Assembly (NCBI GenBank): GCA_964057225.1
Contig: CAXKVF010000079.1
Coordinates: forward strand, 372,001-436,000
Reading direction: 5' to 3'
Source: Auanema rhodensis
Taxonomy: Eukaryota > Animalia > Nematoda
Length of the DNA: 64,000 nucleotides
Part shown: positions 54,401-64,000 of the stretch, in pieces
Layout of the letters: every line of letters starts with the position of its first letter
Numbering within the stretch: the stretch's first letter is position 1
The notes under the pieces: model-generated
The model's input: only the letters and a program-made list of their open reading frames with translations
Told to the model about the DNA's origin: nothing
The model's database searches: none
Position numbers and translations under genes: made by a program

Positions 54401-57400
54401 TTGGTATGTAACTCGCTTCACGTGAAAGATAAAGAGATGCGGTTTCCAAAATTAGATTCCCCATGTCCATATTAGTCTAAAAACAAATTTTTATTGATAT
54501 TGGTGCATGGTAACCATGACTTTGAAATTTACGTGAACTTTAATTTATGCTAATTCAATGTACACGTGATGTGCACTTGGTATGTAACTCGCTTCACGTG
54601 AAAGAAAAAGAGATGCGGTTTTCAAAATTAGATTCATCATGTCCATATTAGTCGAAAAACAAATTTTTATTGATATTGGTTCATGGTAACCATGACTTTG
54701 AAATTTACGTGAACTTTAATTTATGCTAATTAAATGTACACGTGATGTGCACTTGGTATGTAACTCGCTTCACGTGAAAGATAAAGAGATGCGGTTTTCA
54801 AAATTAGATTCCCCATGTCCATATTATTCTAAAAACAAATTTTTATTGATATTGGTTCATGGTAACCATGACTTTGAAATTTACGTGAACTTTAATTTAT
54901 GCTAATTAAATGTACACGTGATGTGCACTTGGTATGTAACTCGCTTCACGTGAAAGATAAAGAGATGCGGTTTTCAAAATTAGATTCCCCATGTCCATAT
55001 TAGTCTAAAAACAAATTTTTATTGATATTGGTGCATGGTAACCATGACTTTGAAATTTACGTGAACTTTAATTTATGCTAATTCAATGTACACGTGATGT
55101 GCACTTGGTATGTAACTCGCTTCACGTGAAAGAAAAAGAGATGCGGTTTTCAAAATTAGATTCATCATGTCCATATTAGTCGAAAAACAAATTTTTATTG
55201 ATATTGGTTCATGGTAACCATGACTTTGAAATTTACGTGAACTTTAATTTATGCTAATTAAATGTACACGTGATGTGCACTTGGTATGTAACTCGCTTCA
55301 CGTGAAAGATAAAGAGATGCGGTTTTCAAAATTAGATTCCCCATGTCCATATTATTCTAAAAACAAATTTTTATTGATATTGGTTCATGGTAACCATGAC
55401 TTTGAAATTTACGTGAACTTTAATTTATGCTAATTAAATGTACACGTGATGTGCACTTGGTATGTAACTCGCTTCACGTGAAAGATAAAGAGATGCGGTT
55501 TTCAAAATTAGATTCCCCATGTCCATATTAGTCTAAAAACAAATTTTTATTCATATTGGTTCATGGTAACCATGACTTTGAAATTTACGTGAATTTTAAT
55601 TTATGCTAATTAAATGTACACGTGATGTGCACTTGGTATGTAACTCGCTTCACGTGAAAGATAAAGAGATGCGGTTTCCAAAATTAGATTCCCCATGTCC
55701 ATATTAGTCTAAAAACAAATTTTTATTGATATTGGTGCATGGTAACCATGACTTTGAAATTTACGTGAACTTTAATTTATGCTAATTAAATGTACACGTG
55801 ATGTGCACTTGGTATGTAACTCGCTTCACGTGAAAGATAAAGAGATGCGGTTTTCAAAATTAGAATCCCCATGTCCATATTAGTCTAAAAACAAATTTTT
55901 ATTGATATTAATTCATGGTAACCATGATTTTGAAATTTACGTGAACTTTAATTTATGCTAATTAAATGTACACGTGATGTGCACTTGGTATGTAACTCGC
56001 TTCACGTGAAAGATAAAGAGATGCGGTTTTCAAAATTAGATTCCCCATGTCCATATTAGTCCAAAAACAAATTGTTATTGATATTGGTTCATGGTAACCA
56101 TGTCTTTGAAAATTACGTGAACTTTAATTTATGCTAATTAAATGTACACGTGATGTGCACTTGGTATGTAACTCGCTTCACGTGAAAGATAAAGAGATGC
56201 GGTTTTCAAAATTAGATTCCCCATGTCCATATTAGTCTAAAAACAAATGTTTATTGATATTGGTGTATGGTAACCATGACTTTGAAATTTACGTGAACTT
56301 TAATTTATGCTAATTAAATGTACACGTGATGTGCACTTGGTATGTAACTCGCTTCACGTGAAAGATAAAGAGATGCGGTTTCCAAAATTAGATTCCCCAT
56401 GTCCATATTAGTCTAAAAACAAATTTTTATTGATATTGGTGCATGGTAACCATGACTTTGAAATTTACGTGAACTTTAATTTATGCTAATTCAATGTACA
56501 CGTGATGTGCACTTGGTATGTAACTCGCTTCACATGAAAGAAAAAGAGATGCGGTTTTCAAAATTAGATTCCCCATGTCCATATTAGTCCAAAAACAAAT
56601 TGTTATTGATATTGGTTCATGGTAACCATGTCTTTGAAAATTACGTGAACTTTAATTTATGCTAATTAAATGTACACGTGATGTGCACTTGGTATGTAAC
56701 TCGCTTCACGTGAAAGATAAAGAGATGCGGTTTTCAAAATTAGATTCCTCATGTCCATATTAGTCTAAAAACAAATTTTTATTGATATTGGTTCATGGTA
56801 ACCATGACTTTGAAATTTACGTGAACTTTAATTTATGCTAATTAAATGTACACGTGATGTGCACTTGGTATGTAACTCGCTTCACGTGAAAGATAAAGAG
56901 ATGCGGTTTCCAAAATTAGATTCCCCATGTCCATATTAGTCTAAAAACAAATTTTTATTGATATTGGTGCATGGTAACCATGACTTTGAAATTTACGTGA
57001 ACTTTAATTTATGCTAATTAAATGTACACGTGATGTGCACTTGGTATGTAACTCGCTTCACGTGAAAGATAAAGAGATGCGGTTTTCAAAATTAGATTCC
57101 CCATGTCCATATTAGTCCAAAAACAAATTGTTATTGATATTGGTTCATGGTAACCATGTCTTTGAAAATTACGTGAACTTTAATTTATGCTAATTAAATG
57201 TACACGTGATGTGCACTTGGTATGTAACTCGCTTCACGTGAAAGATAAAGAGATGCGGTTTTCAAAATTAGATTCCCCATGTCCATATTAGTCTACAAAC
57301 AAATTTTTATTGATATTGGTGCATGGTAACCATGACTTTGAAATTTACGTGAACTTTAATTTATGCTAATTAAATGTACACGTGATGTGCACTTGGTATG

Positions 57401-60300
57401 TAACTCGCTTCACGTGAAAGATAAAGAGATGCGGTTTCCAAAATTAGATTCCCCATGTCCATATTAGTCTAAAAACAAATTTTTATTGATATTGGTGCAT
57501 GGTAACCATGACTTTGAAATTTACGTGAACTTTAATTTATGCTAATTCAATGTACACGTGATGTGCACTTGGTATGTAACTCGCTTCACATGAAAGAAAA
57601 AGAGATGCGGTTTTCAAAATTAGATTCCCCATGTCCATATTAGTCCAAAAACAAATTGTTATTGATATTGGTTCATGGTAACCATGTCTTTGAAAATTAC
57701 GTGAACTTTAATTTATGCTAATTAAATGTACACGTGATGTGCACTTGGTATGTAACTCGCTTCACGTGAAAGATAAAGAGATGCGGTTTTCAAAATTAGA
57801 TTCCTCATGTCCATATTAGTCTAAAAACAAATTTTTATTGATATTGGTTCATGGTAACCATGACTTTGAAATTTACGTGAACTTTAATTTATGCTAATTA
57901 AATGTACACGTGATGTGCACTTGGTATGTAACTCGCTTCACGTGAAAGATAAAGAGATGCGGTTTCCAAAATTAGATTCCCCATGTCCATATTAGTCTAA
58001 AAACAAATTTTTATTGATATTGGTGCATGGTAACCATGACTTTGAAATTTACGTGAACTTTAATTTATGCTAATTAAATGTACACGTGATGTGCACTTGG
58101 TATGTAACTCGCTTCACGTGAAAGATAAAGAGATGCGGTTTTCAAAATTAGATTCCCCATGTCCATATTAGTCCAAAAACAAATTGTTATTGATATTGGT
58201 TCATGGTAACCATGTCTTTGAAAATTACGTGAACTTTAATTTATGCTAATTAAATGTACACGTGATGTGCACTTGGTATGTAACTCGCTTCACGTGAAAG
58301 ATAAAGAGATGCGGTTTCCAAAATTAGATTCCCCATGTCCATATTAGTCTAAAAACAAATTTTTATTGATATTGGTGCATGGTAACCATGACTTTGAAAT
58401 TTACGTGAACTTTAATTTATGCTAATTAAATGTACACGTGATGTGCACTTGGTATGTAACTCGCTTCACGTGAAAGATAAAGAGATGCGGTTTTCAAAAT
58501 TAGATTCCCCATGTCCATATTAGTCTACAAACAAATTTTTATTGATATTGGTGCATGGTAACCATGACTTTGAAATTTACGTGAACTTTAATTTATGCTA
58601 ATTAAATGTACACGTGATGTGCACTTGGTATGTAACTCGCTTCACGTGAAAGATAAAGAGATGCGGTTTCCAAAATTAGATTCCCCATGTCCATATTAGT
58701 CTAAAAACAAATTTTTATTGATATTGGTGCATGGTAACCATGACTTTGAAATTTACGTGAACTTTAATTTATGCTAATTCAATGTACACGTGATGTGCAC
58801 TTGGTATGTAACTCGCTTCACATGAAAGAAAAAGAGATGCGGTTTTCAAAATTAGATTCCCCATGTCCATATTAGTCCAAAAACAAATTGTTATTGATAT
58901 TGGTTCATGGTAACCATGTCTTTGAAAATTACGTGAACTTTAATTTATGCTAATTAAATGTACACGTGATGTGCACTTGGTATGTAACTCGCTTCACGTG
59001 AAAGATAAAGAGATGCGGTTTTCAAAATTAGATTCCTCATGTCCATATTAGTCTAAAAACAAATTTTTATTGATATTGGTTCATGGTAACCATGACTTTG
59101 AAATTTACGTGAACTTTAATTTATGCTAATTAAATGTACACGTGATGTGCACTTGGTATGTAACTCGCTTCACGTGAAAGATAAAGAGATGCGGTTTCCA
59201 AAATTAGATTCCCCATGTCCATATTAGTCTAAAAACAAATTTTTATTGATATTGGTGCATGGTAACCATGACTTTGAAATTTACGTGAACTTTAATTTAT
59301 GCTAATTAAATGTACACGTGATGTGCACTTGGTATGTAACTCGCTTCACGTGAAAGATAAAGAGATGCGGTTTTCAAAATTAGATTCCCCATGTCCATAT
59401 TAGTCCAAAAACAAATTGTTATTGATATTGGTTCATGGTAACCATGTCTTTGAAAATTACGTGAACTTTAATTTATGCTAATTAAATGTACACGTGATGT
59501 GCACTTGGTATGTAACTCGCTTCACGTGAAAGATAAAGAGATGCGGTTTCCAAAATTAGATTCCCCATGTCCATATTAGTCTAAAAACAAATTTTTATTG
59601 ATATTGGTGCATGGTAACCATGACTTTGAAATTTACGTGAACTTTAATTTATGCTAATTAAATGTACACGTGATGTGCACTTGGTATGTAACTCGCTTCA
59701 CGTGAAAGATAAAGAGATGCGGTTTTCAAAATTAGATTCCCCATGTCCATATTAGTCTAAAAACAAATTTTTATTGATATTGGTTCATGGTAACCATGAC
59801 TTTGAAATTTACGTGAACTTTAATTTATGCTAATTAAATGTACACGTGATGTGCACTTGGTATGTAACTCGCTTCACGTGAAAGATAAAGAGATGCGGTT
59901 TTCAAAATTAGATTCCCCATGTCCATATTAGTCTAAAAACAAATTTTTATTGATATTGGTTCATGGTAACCATGACTTTGAAATTTACGTGAACTTTAAT
60001 TTATGCTAATTAAATGTACACGTGATGTGCACTTGGTATGTAACTCGCTTCACGTGAAAGATAAAGAGATGCGGTTTTCAAAATTAGATTCCCCATGTCC
60101 ATATTAGTCTAAAAACAAATTTTTATTGATATTGGTGCATGGTAACCATGACTTTGAAATTTACGTGAACTTTAATTTATGCTAATTCAATGTAAACGTG
60201 ATGTGCACTTGGTATGTAACTCGCTTCACGTGAAAGATAAAGAGATGCGGTTTTCAAAATTAGATTCCCCATGTCCATATTAGTCTAAAAACAAATTTTT
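45450..60300 (+). repeat. Nested multi-kb duplication: ~45.5-51.7 kb re-copied as ~50.8-60.3 kb with internal expansions
   Basis: Offsets between rare variants: 5280 (GTCTATATT 46721/52001), 6160 (ACATTAG 47762/53922), 6336 and 6864 (ORF-variant monomer 48387/54723/55251; TTCATATT 48688/55552; CTACAAA 50432/57296) and 8624 (ATTCAATG 51564/60188). All are multiples of 176. Confidence 0.8.
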
Positions 60301-61616
60301 ATTGATATTGGTTCATGGTAACCATGACTTTGAAATTTACGTGAACTTTAATTTATGCTAATTAAATGTACACGTTATGTGCACTTGGTATGTAACTCGC
60401 TTCACGTGAAAGATAAAGAGATGCGGTTTTCAAAATTAGATTCCCCATGTCCATATTAGTCTAAAAACAAATTTTTATTGATATTGGTGCATGGTAACCA
60501 TGATTTTGAAATTTACGTGAACTTTAATTTATGCTAATTAAATGTACACGTGATGTGCACTTGGTATGTAACTCGCTTCACGTGAAAGATAAAGAGATTC
60601 GGTTTTCAAAATTAGATTCCCCATGTCCATATTAGTCTAAAAACAAATTTTTATTGATATTGGTTCATGGTAACCATGACTTTGAAATTTACGTGAACTT
60701 TAATTTATGCTAATTAAATGTACACGTTATGTGCACTTGGTATGTAACTCGCTTCACGTGAAAGATAAAGAGATGCGGTTTTCAAAATTAGATTCCCCAT
60801 GTCCATATTAGTCTAAAAACAAATTTTTATTGATATTGGTGCATGGTAACCATGACTTTGAAATTTACGTGAACTTTAATTTATGCTAATTAAATGTACA
60901 CGTGATGTGCACTTGGTATGTAACTCGCTTCACGTGAAAGATAAAGAGATGCGGTTTTCAAAATTAGATTCCCCATGTCCATATTAGTCTAAAAACAAAT
61001 TTTTATTGATATTGGTTCATGGTAACCATGACTTTGAAATTTACGTGAACTTTAATTTATGCTAATTAAATGTACACGTGATGTGCACTTGGTATGTAAC
61101 TCGCTTCACGTGAAAGATAAAGAGATGCGGTTTTCAAAATTAGATTCCTCATGTCCATATTAGTCTAAAAACAAATTTTTATTGATATTGGTTCATGGTA
61201 ACCATGATTTTGAAATTTACGTGAACTTTAATTTATGCTAATTAAATGTACACGTGATGTGCACTTGGTATGTAACTCGCTTCACGTGAAAGATAAAGAG
61301 ATGCGGTTTTCAAAATTAGATTCCCCATGTCCATATTAGTCTAAAAACAAATTTTTATTGATATTGGTGCATGGTAACCATGACTTTGAAATTTACGTGA
61401 ACTTTAATTTATGCTAATTAAATGTACACGTGATGTGCACTTGGTATGTAACTCGCTTCACGTGAAAGATAAAGAGATGCGGTTTTCAAAATTAGATTCC
61501 CCATGTCCATATTAGTCTAAAAACAAATTTTTATTGATATTGGTGCATGGTAACCATGACTTTGAAATTTACGTGAACTTTAATTTATGCTAGTTAAATG
61601 TACACGTGATGTGCAC

Positions 61617-61624
61617 TTGGTTGG
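61617..61624 (+). other. 4-bp tandem duplication (TTGG) giving a 180-bp monomer
   Basis: GTGCACTTGGTTGGTATG versus consensus GTGCACTTGGTATG. The downstream register shifts by +4. Confidence 0.9.
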
Positions 61625-64000
61625 TATGTAACTCGCTTCACGTGAAAGATAAAGAGATGCGGTTTTCAAAATTAGATTCCCCATGTCCATATTAGTCTAA
61701 AAACAAATTTTTATTGATATTGGTTCATGGTAACCATGACTTTGAAATTTACGTGAACTTTAATTTATGCTAATTAAATGTACACGTGATGTGCACTTGG
61801 TATGTAACTCGTTTCACGTGAAAGATAAAGAGATGCGGTTTTCAAAATTAGATTCCCCATGTCCATTTTAGTCTAAAAACAAATTTTTATTGATATTGGT
61901 TCATGGTAACCATGACTTTGAAATTTACGTGAACTTTAATTTATGCTAATTAAATGTACACGTTATGTGCACTTGGTATGTAACTCGCTTCACGTGAAAG
62001 ATAAAGAGATGCGGTTTTCAAAATTAGATTCCCCATGTCCATATTAGTCTAAAAACAAATTTTTATTGATATTGGTGCATGGTAACCATGACTTTGAAAT
62101 TTACGTGAACTTTAATTTATGCTAATTAAATGTACACGTGATGTGCACTTGGTATGTAACTCGCTTCACGTGAAAGATAAAGAGATGCGGTTTTCAAAAT
62201 TAGATTCCCCATGTCCATATTAGTCTACAAACAAATTTTTATTGATATTGGTGCATGGTAACCATGACTTTGAAATTTACGTGAACTTTAATTTATGCTA
62301 ATTAAATGTACACGTGATGTGCACTTGGTATGTAACTCGCTTCACGTGAAAGATAAAGAGATGCGGTTTTCAAAATTAGATTCCCCATGTTCATATTAGT
62401 CTAAAAACAAATTTTTATTGATATTGGTTCATGGTAACCATGACTTTGAAATTTACGTGAACTTTAATTTATGCTAATTAAATGTACACGTGATGTGCAC
62501 TTGGTATGTAACTCGCTTCACGTGAAAGATAAAGAGATGCGGTTTTCAAAATTAGATTCCCCATGTCCATATTAGTCTAAAAACAAATTTTTATTGATAT
62601 TGGTTCATGGTAACCATGACTTTGAAATTTACGTGAACTTTAATTTATGCTAATTAAATGTACACGTGATGTGCACTTGGTATGTAACTCGCTTCACGTG
62701 AAAGATAAAGAGATGCGGTTTTCAAAATTAGATTCCTCATGTCCATATTAGTCTAAAAACAAATTTTTATTGATATTGGTTCATGGTAACCATGATTTTG
62801 AAATTTACGTGAACTTTAATTTATGCTAATTAAATGTACACGTGATGTGCACTTGGTATGTAACTCGCTTCACGTGAAAGATAAAGAGATGCGGTTTTCA
62901 AAATTAGATTCCCCATGTCCATATTAGTCTAAAAACAAATTTTTATTGATATTGGTGCATGGTAACCATGACTTTGAAATTTACGTGAACTTTAATTTAT
63001 GCTAATTAAATGTACACGTGATGTGCACTTGGTATGTAACTCGCTTCACGTGAAAGATAAAGAGATGCGGTTTTCAAAATTAGATTCCCCATGTCCATAT
63101 TAGTCTAAAAACAAATTTTTATTGATATTGGTTCATGGTAACCATGACTTTGAAATTTACGTGAACTTTAATTTATGCTAATTAAATGTACACGTGATGT
63201 GCACTTGGTATGTAACTCGCTTCACGTGAAAGATAAAGAGATGCAGTTTTCAAAATTAGATTCCCCATGTCCATATTAGTCTAAAAACAAATTTTTATTG
63301 ATATTGGTGCATGGTAACCATGACTTTGAAATTTACGTGAACTTTAATTTATGCTAATTAAATGTACACGTGATGTGCACTTGGTATGTAACTCGCTTCA
63401 CGTGAAAGATAAAGAGATGCGGTTTTCAAAATTAGATTCCCCATGTCCATATTAGTCTAAAAACAAATTTTTATTGATATTGGTTCATGGTAACCATGAC
63501 TTTGAAATTTACGTGAACTTTAATTTATTCTAATTAAATGTACACGTGATGTGCACTTGGTATGTAACTCGCTTCACGTGAAAGATAAAGAGATGCGGTT
63601 TTCAAAATTAGATTCCCCATGTCCATATTAGTCTAAAAACAAATTTTTATTGATATTGGTTCATGGTAACCATGACTTTGAAATTTACGTGAACTTTAAC
63701 TTATGCTAATTAAATGTACACGTGATGTGCACTTGGTATGTAACTCGCTTCACGTGAAAGATAAAGAGATGCGGTTTTCAAAATTAGATTCCCCATGTCC
63801 ATATTAGTCTAAAAACAAATTTTTATTGATATTGGTGCATGGTAACCATGACTTTGAAATTTACGTGAACTTTAATTTATGCTAATTAAATGTACACGTG
63901 ATGTGCACTTGGTATGTAACTCGCTTCACGTGAAAGATAAAGAGATGCGGTTTTCAAAATTAGATTCCCCATGTCCATATTAGTCTAAAAACAAATTTTT

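Larger units (their letters stand above)
1..64000. repeat. 176-bp tandem satellite DNA array (~364 monomers, head-to-tail, one orientation); candidate centromeric/pericentromeric satellite
   Basis: TCCATATTAG recurs at 1, 177, 881, 1761, 2641 ... 26401 (150x176+1). After the five indels (net -91 bp), the last monomer start at 63974 equals 364x176+1-91. Monomers usually differ from consensus at only 0-5 positions. GC is 56/176 (~32%) by hand count. The array runs off both window ends. Confidence 0.99.

Noticed and set aside
54723-55433. Two more identical 60-aa ORFs (54723-54905, 55251-55433)
   Set aside because: They are copies of the same variant monomer made by 36- and 39-monomer offset duplications. 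Their identity reflects recent duplication rather than coding selection.
1-64000. CRISPR array or other repeat-spacer system
   Set aside because: Palindromes recur regularly, but the intervening sequence is the same in every unit. There are no unique spacers and no cas genes.
1-64000. Tandem 5S rRNA, tRNA, snRNA or spliced-leader gene array
   Set aside because: I recognised no 5S, tRNA cloverleaf, Pol III A/B box or snRNA sequence on either strand. An Rfam/Infernal scan would be the formal test.

Overview
The entire 64-kb window is one uninterrupted, single-orientation, head-to-tail array of a 176-bp AT-rich (~32% GC) satellite monomer: 364 units plus 27 bp of a 365th. Consensus from position 1: TCCATATTAGTCTAAAAACAAATTTTTATTGATATTGGT[T/G]CATGGTAACCATGACTTTGAAATTTACGTGAACTTTAATTTATGCTAATTAAATGTACACGTGATGTGCACTTGGTATGTAACTCGCTTCACGTGAAAGATAAAGAGATGCGGTTTTCAAAATTAGATTCCCCATG. 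I saw no genes, transposon insertions, inversions, telomere repeats or unique sequence, and the three predicted ORFs are by-products of one stop-removing SNP. The monomer is about one nucleosome long, rich in dyad symmetries and ACGTGA/E-box cores, and highly homogeneous, which resembles eukaryotic centromeric or pericentromeric satellite. That role is an inference, and I do not recognise the family or organism. The informative structure lies in the variants. Five indels (-92, -1, -1, -1, +4) account exactly for the register. Diagnostic SNPs split the array into successive haplotype domains. Local higher-order duplications (2- to 10-mers) and large nested duplications (26- to 49-monomer offsets) record how the array expanded. 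I found no new protein-coding or defence system.
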